DNA of 64,000 nt. It comes from Patellaria atrata CBS 101060 (lineage: Eukaryota). A program made the translations under genes and the position numbers. The stretch covers positions 1,577,817 to 1,641,816 of the forward strand of contig MU006090.1 in NCBI GenBank assembly GCA_010093705.1. The letters run 5' to 3'. Positions 35,892-46,834 of this stretch are shown in pieces; positions within the stretch are counted from its first letter, which is position 1; each line of letters starts with the position of its first letter. The notes beneath the pieces were generated by a model. That model worked only from the letters and a program-made list of their open reading frames with translations. It did no database searches and was not told the origin of the DNA.

Positions 35892-38580
35892 TGAGCGTGA
35901 GCCAGTTCGTGAACCTACTCCTGAACCTCCTGTTGTAGAGGTTGTAGCACCAACTCCAAAGAAAGTAGAGCGCAAAAGTATTGGTGGTAAATCTGGCAAG
36001 AAGAAGAAGAAGGCTGCTGAACCAGAACCTGAACCTGAACCTCTAGTTGTCGTCGTACCTGAAGTACCTGATATCCCTCATATCTCTACACCAGTTCCAG
36101 GTGGTTTCCCAGAGGACGACGATCTCGTTGACCTCAACTCTCCACCCCCTGAGCCTGAAGTTGTACGTGAACCTACACCAGCACCCGAACCTGTCGTAGT
36201 CGCTACATCCAAGTCCAAGAAGATGGACAAGAAGAGCAAGAAGTTAAAGGCCTCGAAAGCAGCATCGCCTGCTCCTCCACCTCCTCCAGTAGAAGTCGTA
36301 GATCCCGAACCAGAACCAGCAGCAGATGTGATTATCGATGTTGGTGGCGAAGTAGATAGAGGTTTAGATCTGGAAGCGGAGATAGGACAGGGAGCAGGTG
36401 AGGATGCTGATGCAGACGCTATAGTTGTTGATGTACCTCCCAAACTTCCCACTCCGCCACCGGAGCCCGTAGAATCTCCCCCAAAGAAAGAACGTGCGAA
36501 AGTTGTGCGTCCTCAAGGTGGTGCATCCTGGGGTTTCTGGAGTGCAGCAGCTGCAGCAAAGGCGACACCAAGAAAATCATCGGTTTCGAAGGATGATTCT
36601 ACGCCAGTAAAAGCGACGACAGTTGGTTTAACGCGTTCCAAATCTGCAAGAAAGGCTACAGAAAAGGATGTCAAATCAGTCAAGTCCTCTGAATCTGATA
36701 AAGCTACTATCAAGACTCCTACGAGGTCGAAATCGACACGCACTTCAGCTTTTGCATTGTTTGGACCACCGCCAGCGTCACGTGCTAGATCTGTCAAACA
36801 AGCAGCAACGCCAAAGACCCAATCACGTCGTCAGTCTGTTGATCGCGATGCTGGTCTAATATCGCCACCTCCCGAACCAGCCGAACCCGAGATGGCTTCA
36901 AAGGCAGCTGAAGTAATGGACGTCAAGTCTTCTAGCAAATCTAAAAACGCAAAGGGCAAAGGAAGAAGTAAGTTTGTCAATATTACCGCCACGTCATCCC
37001 AGCAAACGTTTGCTAACTCAGTATCAGTGATTCCAGATCCCTATGCAATCGACGACGGTGATCTTATCATGGTCGACGCCGACACCCCTAACGGAGAAGT
37101 AGGCGGGAAATCTTCACGAAGTCGTTACGCTTCCAGGACAAACTCGAGAAGACAATCAAGAGCTCCATCACCTGTCCCTGTTGCCCCACCAGCTGATTTG
37201 ATCGATATGGACGTCACAGAACCCTCTTCGGTTGCACAAGAGACCTCAAGAGGCTTCGACGACGTTCCCGTCACAGGGATACCCCGCCGCCACTCTCCAC
37301 CAAAGAGAGTCCCCACAGCACCAGCCAGCGCAACTCGACGCTCAGAAAGCGGATTCATGGGCGGTTTCTTCGGACTGGGACGCAAATCTGCGCCCGCTAT
37401 AGACGAACGCCGCAGGTCAGCCCCTCTAATGGACGACCGTCGCAAACGCGGTTCCGTCCAAGTGGACACGGAAGAATCCAAACGCCTCCGACGCGAAACA
37501 TCACGACGTGACAGGAGCGGCTATCGATCTCGCAGGGCCTCCGACACAGAGGGCATGACGACCGACGCACCCCGCGGCACGGGGGCGAGCGCGAGCACGG
37601 ATCTGGACGACCCGGACCGCGAGGTCAGACGCGCGGAACGTCGAGCCCGTCGCGAACAGAGGGAAGCCGAAGCAGCTGAGCGCGCGGAGGCGGAACGAAG
37701 GGCTGCGAGAAGGAGGGATAGAGAGGCGAGGGATCGAGACCGCGCGCAGCAGCATGAGTCCCGCCGTGTCCGTGAACGCGAGGCGAGGGACAGAGCGCTC
37801 AGGGAAGAACAAGAGCGCGAAGCACGTCGCGCGGAGGAGAAAAGAGCCAGACGGGCTGCGAGGGAGGAGCGAAGGGTGGTGGAGGAGCAGGAGCGACGAG
37901 AGGAGGAAGCGAGGGAGGAACGGAGGGCGAGAAGGAAAGAGCGGGAGAGGGAACGGGAACGGTACGTCGAGGATGAGACTACAAGGGGTGGGATCGGGCA
38001 TGAACCCTCGAACCCTAGAACCTCGAGACGCAGGAGTCACGTCGATGATGACCCCGCTCGACGCTCTCGACACGAGGAACGTCGGCTCCGGCGGCAGTCC
38101 ACGCAACCTCAGACCCAAACCCAAACTCCGGGCGAGAAGTCAAGAAGACGCTCTTCTGCAAATGTTGAGCCCGTAGCGGATTATTTCGACCCGAGGAATG
38201 GAAGACATGCTCCGTATCAGAATCCGTATCTTGCTGATGGAGGCGATAAGACGAGTTCGTGGGTGAATAGCGTTAATGCGGAACCGCCGCTTCCACCACC
38301 GGTGGAGGGGACGGTGCTGGAGCAGGAGGGCGGGGAGGGGAGTGATGGGGAGGAGGCAAGGGTGGAGGAGGCGAGGAGGAAAGCAAGGAGGGAACGGAGA
38401 GAGGAGGGAGGGGGGAGGAGACGGAGGGAGAGGGACAGAGGGGATAGAGGGGATAGAGGGGATAGAGGGGATAGGGGGGATAGGGGGGATAGGAATGGGG
38501 GCAGGGGATATAGAGAGAGTGGGAGGGAGAGCGGCAGGGAGAAGAAGAGTGGTGGTTGGTTGAAGAAGATTGGACTCTAG
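31617..38580 (+). CDS. Very large (~2,200 aa) low-complexity protein with WG/GW + poly-Lys + PEPEP repeats and an Arg/Glu coiled coil
   Basis: In-frame exons 31617-31856, 32015(or 32024)-32833, 32890-36967, 37028-38580. Repeating module of acidic-WGF/WGG, then KKKK, then PEPEP/PPPP. C-terminal RE-rich helix and GDR repeats. First exon is less certain. Confidence 0.82.
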
Positions 38581-38954
38581 GGTCCCCGTGTACTTGGGGA
38601 AATATTCCAGATAGATTCAGTGGGTTGCTGAAGGGTTCAAGAACTTTGCTAGCGTTGCGGACGTGCGGCCCCGTCCTGGTCCCTTGCAGGCTAGGTAGTA
38701 GATATCCAATAGAAGTCTATCGAGTTACCCGTCCCCCTTTTGGTTGTTGTAAGGATCGAAGATGATGCTAGGAGGGATCTGGTACGTCTGGGCTGGTAGT
38801 ACATCTTTAAGGGTGAAGGAGGATTGTGGGTGCTTGTGAGTGAGGTTGTAGAGGTCTGGCAGAGATTCTATCGAGTTCGCCCTTTTCCGTTATTTTTATT
38901 ATCATTATGACTTTTTATAATGTAAAGATATCTTTTCTGCACGGATTGAGGTTG

Positions 38955-38956
<2 letters not shown>

Positions 38957-38988
<32 letters not shown>

Positions 38989-39010
38989 GAGAGATATTAG
39001 GGGGGGGGGG
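38957..39010 (+). repeat. Poly-G tracts (G31 and G11), G-quadruplex-capable
   Basis: G run 38957-38987 and a second run 39000-39010. Homopolymer length may be affected by sequencing error. Confidence 0.8.
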
Positions 39011-39609
39011 CCTTCATAGGAGGTCGACGGGCAGGCTCGATGAGATATGCACAGCTAGAACCTCCACATTGCTTACTGCACAGTTAACTGAAGCAGGTCA
39101 CTTCCCTTCCAACTTCCCATAGTCACTTTACGGTATGACATAGTAGTAGTATAACATCCCAACAGTAGGATATAATATACCAACAGTACGTTACCCCAGA
39201 GAAGGTAGGCCATATAATGAAACGATCGCACGATAAATCCACTATCACTCAAGTATGACGCAAATGGTATGTCCCGATCCTGTTACCAGGATTATGTGGT
39301 TCTGCGAGGTAGGTTTGGATGGGTGGGTGGGGTTTGAACTGTGGCAGAGGGGAGGAGAGATGGTCGTGTGGGGGATTGGACTTTGGGTTGGGTTGTAGAG
39401 TAGGGGAGACTAAGGTAGGCTAGAGCAGGGGAGGGGACATGAGACGTGTTGTCTACGTAACATGAGAAGGTAGCAAGTGTGTGTGCTCTAGAGTGATATA
39501 AAGTAGCATGAGTGTAGATCGTTTCGGTGTGCTTAGTTTAGTGCGGAAAAGTTGGGTTTCGGAGACGTGTGTGGTGTAGGAAGGGGAATCGATGTGGGGG
39601 AGAAGATGG

Positions 39610-40350
39610 AGGGTACTTAGTTAATTACCTTAGGGAAGACGAGTTTGGACTGGGAAGTAAGATGGAATATCGCTTGGATGGTGTAGAAGAAGGGAGATGT
39701 GCTGGAAGAGTGATGCGGGATTGTATTTGTGGGGATAGAAGGCGCGGCTTGATGTGATATAGTAAGATATAATACCACTTTATGGGGTGGAAAAGGGGAT
39801 CTTATGCTGGGGAATAAGATATGATACCGCTTATTTAGCATAGGAAGAGGTGATTTCGGGCTAGGAAGGAATTTATGGTAGTGCTTGGGTGGTATGGTAA
39901 GACGAACTTGTACTAGAAGAGTGGTACACGATGGCACTTATACGGAGTAGAAGGGGCGGTTTGATACGATATCATTAAAGAGGATATAATTTATGTAGGG
40001 TAGGAAGGCAAGTTAGGGGTAAGGAAATGAGGTTTGGTACTACTTAGATGATATAGAATGACGAAACCGTGCTGAAAGCGTACTACACATTACAACTCAC
40101 ACGGAATATCAAGGGGAGTTCGATATAATACAATCAAAGAGGATACGGCTTATATAGGGTGGAGAAGGCAATTTTGTGCTGAAAAGTAAGATATAGTAAG
40201 GGTTGGATGGTATGGAAAGGGTGAAACTGTGCGGAAGAGTGCTATACGATAGCACTTATAAGTAAGGGGGGAAGGCAGTTTGATATGATATAATAAGGCT
40301 TAATCCCACTTTTAAAGGATGGTAAAGGTGATTCCATGCCAGAAAAAAAG
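39610..40350. repeat. Degenerate ~52-bp minisatellite with ~157-bp trimeric higher-order period
   Basis: Recurrent AAGATATGATA...CTTATA..GGTAGGAAGG..ATTT.GTGCTG.AAGAGT-like subunits every ~52-53 bp; every third subunit is most alike. Confidence 0.65.
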
Positions 40351-40788
40351 CTCCAGAGTCACTTCTATGATATGGAAACGGCCATTGTGTACTGAAATCC
40401 AAACAACCGCATCACTCAGACCGTAGTTGATCAAGTCCTTCTATACTAGAATAAGAGTCAAGTGTCACTCATAGCCTATCATTAAGAGATCACAGCAAGC
40501 ATCGTTGAGAACAAGGTTTACAGGGTTTGTAGTGTTTTTCTATTTTTCGGGCCAGCTTACAAGCCTAACATACAAATATACTGTGTAGAAAAGCCAGAGG
40601 CTTGTGATGAAAAAGAAAGATCGAATATAGAGTCTCTGTGATGAAAGGCCAGAACAAGTACAAGCAGATGAAAACCCACACCTTCCACCCATTATGCCAC
40701 CAAAAGGGCCAATCCAGATCGTACAACACCAACACTCGAAACCAACATAGGGACCAACTGCGCCAAAACACCGTCTTCAACGACGCGT

Positions 40789-41898
40789 CTAGGCCCTCTC
40801 CATGTTGACGTAGCGCAACAGCTGAACGTCATCTTCAATTTGATCGGCCAATATCTTCCAGAGATCATGGATCTCTTCATCCAACACGGCAAGACTGTTC
40901 TGTTTGACGTACTTCTTGAACTCACGTACAACATGGTCTCTAGGCCTGACGACAAGGGTATTCGGATCTTTCCTCGCGATTTGCATCTGTTTGCGTGAGG
41001 CGATAGGCTTGACTTGGTCTTCGCGGTGCCAGTCCAGATACGTATACTGGGACTCTTCGCCAGGGGGCAAGATGAAAGAAGGCTTGAGCTGCAACAAGAT
41101 GGGCGCATGGTACGGCGTCAAAGTCCTCACGGGGAAGTCCTTGAACTCGAGTTCAGGGTCCACATCGGCGCTTGTGCGTAGAATAAGGCGCATCGGCTTC
41201 GTGGGATGCGGTTGCCAGCGGGTGCGACTGAGCTGCGGAATCTGCGCGATGATCTCGAGGATGTCTGTCAGGAGGGTTCCAGCGGTTTGCGAGTTGAGCT
41301 CCATGTAGGCCGGGTCGTACCAATCGCAAAAGAAACTGTTGACTGGCACGCGGAATCGGAGTTGCTTCAGGAGATGGAGCCGCTTGTGCTGACGCTGTAC
41401 CTTGAGGAAGGAAAGCATGGTCCAGAGGCACTGGTGGAACTCAAAAATCGTGTTCTTATAGAACATTTCGATGGCGTCGGTGCGGAACATGCGAGAGACG
41501 CGTGAGATAGTGAGCTTCTGGTTGGGGGTCATGCCAGTGAAGGTCTTAGAGTCTGAAAGCTGGTCGTAGAAGAGCCACGTCCTAAGGGGTGGCAAGGAGT
41601 CAGTGTCATAGTTGGGTTGATTGCTGGATCTGCCCTTGCTTACATCTCTGTATGTGACGCCATTTTCTTGAGTGACAGGATCACTCAGACGTACCACTAC
41701 GAGATCATCGGCACACAAAAATTCAAGAATACGAAGCTTGATCTCTGGAGGGAGACGCTTGAATGGGGCAAAAGGTACGACTTCATGAGCGACGTCGTGG
41801 GCGATTCTAGGTGCGACACTGTTTACGACTTCAGGTTCGACGCCATTTATGCTTTCAGGTGCGACACCATTGACAATGCGGTAGGTAGTGGCGGGCAT
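40789..41898 (-). CDS. F-box-like / 2EXR-like domain protein
   Basis: PFKRLPPEIKLRILEFL F-box-like motif; downstream ISRVSRMFRTDAIEMFYKNTIFEF block typical of such fungal proteins; N-terminal 8-aa repeats (RIVNGVAP/ESINGVEP/EVVNSVAP/RIAHDVAH). Confidence 0.7.
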   Translation of the reverse strand: MPATTYRIVNGVAPESINGVEPEVVNSVAPRIAHDVAHEVVPFAPFKRLPPEIKLRILEFLCADDLVVVRLSDPVTQENGVTYRDVSKGRSSNQPNYDTDSLPPLRTWLFYDQLSDSKTFTGMTPNQKLTISRVSRMFRTDAIEMFYKNTIFEFHQCLWTMLSFLKVQRQHKRLHLLKQLRFRVPVNSFFCDWYDPAYMELNSQTAGTLLTDILEIIAQIPQLSRTRWQPHPTKPMRLILRTSADVDPELEFKDFPVRTLTPYHAPILLQLKPSFILPPGEESQYTYLDWHREDQVKPIASRKQMQIARKDPNTLVVRPRDHVVREFKKYVKQNSLAVLDEEIHDLWKILADQIEDDVQLLRYVNMERA

Positions 41899-42943
41899 TG
41901 TGTTTAACTTTGAGCAGACGCGACTTTGGTTAGATAGCTGTGTGAAATTGGATGGGTTGACTTACATTGATGAGACGCGATTGGTTGATCAAGACGTTGA
42001 TGTAGAGACGCGACTTGTTGAAAATATCTTTGACGTAGAGACGCGTCAAGAATCTACCTTGAAGAATCTTTAGAATAGCTGTGAAATATTTGCGAAATTG
42101 ACTTACGTTGATATGAGACGCGACTTGTTGAGGAAGGGCGATGACGTAGACACCTGGGTGGTTGGGAAAAGCTTTGACGACAAAGAAGCGTCGAGTCTGA
42201 ATGTGACTTTGGAAAAGCTTCATGGATGAGCAATTGGCAAGAAAGACGGTCAATTGACTTACCTGGGCTTGAATGTGACTCAGGCCTGACGTGAAACGAA
42301 AGTTGACTGAGGTAACAGACGTGCTCAAGGCAGGTGCAGCAGAGAGCGAAGAATATGATAGCAGGGTCAACAGCGATGGTGAGATTTACTTACAAAGGTG
42401 CTGACGGAGAAAAAAAGGAAAGGAAGGAAGAAAGAACTGGGGGGAGAAGGTTCTTAAATATTCTACCCCTTGGACGCTGAACGCTCGGACCAGGCGACGA
42501 CGACAAACGGAGACCCCAGCGGTTGAGCAGATTTTGGGCAGGTACTCGTTTGCAAGACTAGATGGAGACGCCAAGTTTACATGTGATAGTACATTAATTC
42601 TTCTATGTGAGAGGAGATTCTATGATATGGGTATCTTACAGACATCTATCAGATGTCAAATACAGCCCGACGATGACGCTTTCCCTGCCCCTTTATGCCG
42701 ACATCGTTCGCCAAATCTTCCTGCTAGGCTAGGATCCAGCACAATAGTAAACAAAACAACTAAAATCCGTCTAGGAACACCAGCGCTTGGAATAGTCCCA
42801 TAAAAGAAAAATTCATCCTAAGCCAAAACGCCACAACATGGTCCAATCCAGCGTTCTCAACGATTGACTCAACATACGAGAACTGAATGTCTGACTGGTA
42901 ATGACTGGAAAGAAAGACTTTTTTATGACTGAAGTTCGTATGA

Positions 42944-45900
42944 CTAAGCGGAAGGTTCCCTGTCCAAAAGGGCAGCAGCACGAGCACCATTGACAAGCTC
43001 CATAATCTTGTTCGCAACTGCGGCAGGATAACCTCTCGATAGACCTTCATTGACTACTGACATGGCGCCATCACGATCCTCAACAGCCATGTAAGCTCGG
43101 GTCATTGCCTCATAGGTACTGGGCTCGCGCTTATCCAAAGGTACTGTATCGTAGATTACCTTGGCTTTGTTGATGTCTTTGGCCATTGCCCAACCGTGGA
43201 TGAGGGAATTCGCAATGTAGGGGGTCAAGTCAACACCACGTGCAGACATGTTCTTGAGCACAGCCTGAGTGTCTTCTATCTTATGGTTGGCGACCATTGC
43301 TTCAAAGAGGGATTGATAGAGGCAAGCTTGGGGACGGACTAGTCCTTCAGACAAGACTTTGTCGAATAGTTGCCTTGCACCCGCCATGTCATGCATAACG
43401 CAACCCTTGGCATGAATCAAAGAGGCGTAATGAACGGCATCGGGCTGCTCTCCGGACGTTTGAACTTGTTCAAGGATGCGTTCAGCAGCTGCCATATCAA
43501 CTGGCTCAAGGGTCGCGTAAGTGTCGATGAGGAGTTTGTAGGTGTGGGTTGTCGGCATTATGTTCTTGGAGCGCATGCGGTCGTAATAAGCAAGCACCTT
43601 GCTACGATCACGCTTCGTGGTAAGGAAGAACTGCATCAAGCTGTGGTATGGAGCTGGCCTAGGTTTGTAATTAGGCATACTTTCCATCTCTTCAAACAGT
43701 TCCTCCGCAAATTTCTCATCACTGACACGACAGAGAGCATTGACGATAGTACCGTAAGTGACACTTGTAGGCCTGATTCCAAGATTGCGCATCTCTGTGA
43801 AGTAGAAAAGGCTGTCGTCGATCCTCCTAGCTTTTCCAAGCTTGCCAATGAGAGCGTTATAGAGGAACGAAGAGGGTTCTACACCCTCAGTCTTAGCACG
43901 CTGGAATATCCTAACAGCCTCGGATGCTTCATCAAAGGTTTTAGTAGACTCTTTAAGCGTTGTGATGTAAAGACCGAAGGTGTTAGCCGAAGGAGCAGCT
44001 CCCATACTTAGCAACTCTTGATGATACTGAGCAGCCAGCTCCCGTCTTCCATTAGTGAGACAAGCAGCAACCATAGCATCTAAGATGGTGACCCAACCGT
44101 ATCGAACAATGCGATATTCCGGCAGGAAGGGGACATCCTGTTTAGCAATTCCTAATATATCGTGCGCGAGGTTGAGGCGGTTCTCTTTGGCAGCAGCAGT
44201 GATCAACTTTGCATACGTGAAGAACCTGGGGTGACGACCAGCACGACGCATGTTCCTGAACTTGGTTAACGCTTCGTTGAGGTGAGACGATGATCGACCG
44301 TGGGCCTTATCAAGCAGATCCGTGATAGCAACCGAGCCTTTGTTGTCCGTGGTTGCGGCATATGGGTCATACGAGTCCTCTGCAGATACAACTCGCGCGG
44401 CGGTTTTCTGAACTGGATGATACGAGCTCGGGGAGAAATGTTGTTCCTGAACTGGGTATTTATACCCTTGCCATTGGCTAACAAGATCCGGTCGATTCAA
44501 CCGTACCAGACCCTTCTCAATAACTCTACTCGTCTGAGATTCGATCTGTAATCCACGAGATGTAAGTAAGCTAAGAAGGTGCGTGAATCGAGCCGTGTCG
44601 TTAATGTCTCGAGAGCCATTGATGATCATTCCAGCTTGAACCTGCATCAATAGATTGAGATCACTCCAACCAAGAGAAGCAATGTGTTCCGGTTGAAGAC
44701 CAGCGATGACGTGAATGGCAACCGATGGGACGACGCCGCCGTTCTCGATCATTGTCTGGAGCATTTCCATCGTTGCGCTTGGGGACAGGTAAATGCACCT
44801 CTTGGCCATGAAGGTGCCAATCACTTCAATCGCCTCGTCAATCTGATCAACAGCCTCCAATTGCGCCTGCTTGGAGCTTGTTTGTGACTCTCGAATACGA
44901 GAAAACATACGCCTGCTCTGACTAATTCCGCGGTCTGATTGTCCACTACCAATGAGAGCAATTGTTTGCATAGTTGTTGACTCGATGTATTGAGGCTTAG
45001 GGGTTGAGAACTCTAAAACGGTCCAATATCGATCAGCAGCTTCAATGTCGCCTAAACGCACATGCATCGCTGCAATAGCCATCGCAGGTCCAGAGACGTC
45101 GATTGAGCCGTCTAGAGAGTCGAAAGATTTCATTGCGATCTCAATCTCATTCCGATCAGCAGCCTTGATGGTAATACCAGCCATAGCAAGATTACGAGCG
45201 CGAGAGTTAAGATGTTCCACCGCATAGGCGAAAGCTTGTTCGAATGATCCGACGTTGAGCCAATATGGTACGAATGCTTTTAGGGCCACCGTTTCTTGCA
45301 GAGCAGCTATAAGTTCCGGTGCTTCAATCACGGTCTCGACGCGCTTGAGGAATTTTTGACCTCCCTCTAATCGATTACAGATGGCGTAAGCTTTGATCAA
45401 TGCAGCGTAGACATCATTATCCTTTCGAACCATTGAGAGATCCCCCTTATCGTTGGAGATGGCCAAGGTTTTGTAACCGTCATAACACTCTACAGCACTT
45501 CGAAGATCTCCAGAAAGAGCAAGCGCATGAATCATTGGAACGAAAGTTTCAGGATGTGGGATAACCTTTTGAGTCTCCATATGGCCGAAGATTCGTACCA
45601 TGTCGTCAACTTTCCCTTGCTCGGCACATGCAGATATGAGTGAACGGTATGTCTTCTCGCTAAAAGAGCGGTGTTGATGTATTGCCGTAGCCGCATCAAA
45701 TAATTTGATAGCAGTAGCAAGTGAGTCATCTTCGACAAGGATGTCGTACTCCGTCTCGTTAGATTTTAACATAAACCTGCCTGCTTCTTCAACTCCACCA
45801 AACCTCTCACGTTTCTCATCCAGGACCTGTTTCATAGCTAGAACATTGAGAGCACGTACGGAGAGCAGCTCAATCAAAGTACTATATATGGCGGTATTTG

Positions 45901-46834
45901 GAACGACATGGCGGCGTAGCATGTCCGAATAGACGTCGAGGGCCTTGGGAACAACCTGGTGCTTTCCTAGAGGGAGATGAATGGCCGCAAGGAGTAAAGC
46001 ATGATAAGCAGAGACCGTTGGTTTAATGTCGGCCAAGAGCATAGACTCGAATACAGCAGGGATTTTTTCATAGTGGCGGTTCTCCACAAGCTTATTCAAA
46101 CGGTCGGTATAGGAAACCTCCTCAGATATTGATGTTGCTACTGTTGACTCCGGCTGTGGCGATGCGTCTGTACTCGCCTCAGATGCGGAGGAAGGCGTTG
46201 CGTCACGAGAAGATGTCGGCGTGGCTGAAGCCTCCGATTTTGCCGTTTCGTCTTTGACATCTTCCCTGACTTTCTCTATCTCCTGCGCAATTGCTTCATC
46301 TACTTGAGCTATAGCAATGGCCTCATCCTCCTCATCACCTACAGCTTTCTTGAAATCATCAACTGCGCTAGCGCTGTAGGCCCGCTCAATGCCGGTACGG
46401 GTTGGCGCGAGGAAGACATCCTCTTCAACAATAACGGCATCCTTTGCGGGAGAAATGCCATCCGGAACTGTAGTTGGTGGTTTCCATTCGATCCTCTTAG
46501 CAAACTGGAACTGTTGCCATTCGTGTTCGCCTACACGTTGATGCTTTTGCCATGCCGCGTAGTAAGCCGCGAGATCGGATTCAGTCTGGTTGGGATGTAC
46601 AGCCTTGCCCGCAGCAGTGGTAGTACTGGGTCGATCAGTGTTATGGAAGGCATTTTGGATGTGGCTTCCGCTAGTCTTCGAATGCCTATTGTTAACATTG
46701 ATAGAAAATTGGCTAAAGGAGTTGGTCTGAGAAGCGTAGGATGACTGCGATGCAGCGACTATGGACTGGGCATATCCATGGGTAAATGTCTTTGCAAGAC
46801 TCTGGCGCGCAAGGTGTAAGGTCTTGAAAACCAT
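42944..46834 (-). CDS. Mitochondrial pentatricopeptide-repeat (PPR) protein, 1296 aa
   Basis: Many 35-aa PPR motifs, e.g. LYNALIGKLGKARRIDDSLFYFTEMRNLGIRPT and VTYGTIVNALCRVSDEKFAEELFEEM. Basic/hydroxylated N-terminus resembling a presequence. Confidence 0.93.
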   Translation of the reverse strand: MVFKTLHLARQSLAKTFTHGYAQSIVAASQSSYASQTNSFSQFSINVNNRHSKTSGSHIQNAFHNTDRPSTTTAAGKAVHPNQTESDLAAYYAAWQKHQRVGEHEWQQFQFAKRIEWKPPTTVPDGISPAKDAVIVEEDVFLAPTRTGIERAYSASAVDDFKKAVGDEEDEAIAIAQVDEAIAQEIEKVREDVKDETAKSEASATPTSSRDATPSSASEASTDASPQPESTVATSISEEVSYTDRLNKLVENRHYEKIPAVFESMLLADIKPTVSAYHALLLAAIHLPLGKHQVVPKALDVYSDMLRRHVVPNTAIYSTLIELLSVRALNVLAMKQVLDEKRERFGGVEEAGRFMLKSNETEYDILVEDDSLATAIKLFDAATAIHQHRSFSEKTYRSLISACAEQGKVDDMVRIFGHMETQKVIPHPETFVPMIHALALSGDLRSAVECYDGYKTLAISNDKGDLSMVRKDNDVYAALIKAYAICNRLEGGQKFLKRVETVIEAPELIAALQETVALKAFVPYWLNVGSFEQAFAYAVEHLNSRARNLAMAGITIKAADRNEIEIAMKSFDSLDGSIDVSGPAMAIAAMHVRLGDIEAADRYWTVLEFSTPKPQYIESTTMQTIALIGSGQSDRGISQSRRMFSRIRESQTSSKQAQLEAVDQIDEAIEVIGTFMAKRCIYLSPSATMEMLQTMIENGGVVPSVAIHVIAGLQPEHIASLGWSDLNLLMQVQAGMIINGSRDINDTARFTHLLSLLTSRGLQIESQTSRVIEKGLVRLNRPDLVSQWQGYKYPVQEQHFSPSSYHPVQKTAARVVSAEDSYDPYAATTDNKGSVAITDLLDKAHGRSSSHLNEALTKFRNMRRAGRHPRFFTYAKLITAAAKENRLNLAHDILGIAKQDVPFLPEYRIVRYGWVTILDAMVAACLTNGRRELAAQYHQELLSMGAAPSANTFGLYITTLKESTKTFDEASEAVRIFQRAKTEGVEPSSFLYNALIGKLGKARRIDDSLFYFTEMRNLGIRPTSVTYGTIVNALCRVSDEKFAEELFEEMESMPNYKPRPAPYHSLMQFFLTTKRDRSKVLAYYDRMRSKNIMPTTHTYKLLIDTYATLEPVDMAAAERILEQVQTSGEQPDAVHYASLIHAKGCVMHDMAGARQLFDKVLSEGLVRPQACLYQSLFEAMVANHKIEDTQAVLKNMSARGVDLTPYIANSLIHGWAMAKDINKAKVIYDTVPLDKREPSTYEAMTRAYMAVEDRDGAMSVVNEGLSRGYPAAVANKIMELVNGARAAALLDREPSA

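Noticed and set aside
32958..35999. 1013-aa antisense ORF (also 32320-32808, 922-1458 and similar)
   Set aside because: Shadow of low-complexity or biased sense codons (poly-F/S/G mirrors poly-K/E/P); no independent protein features.
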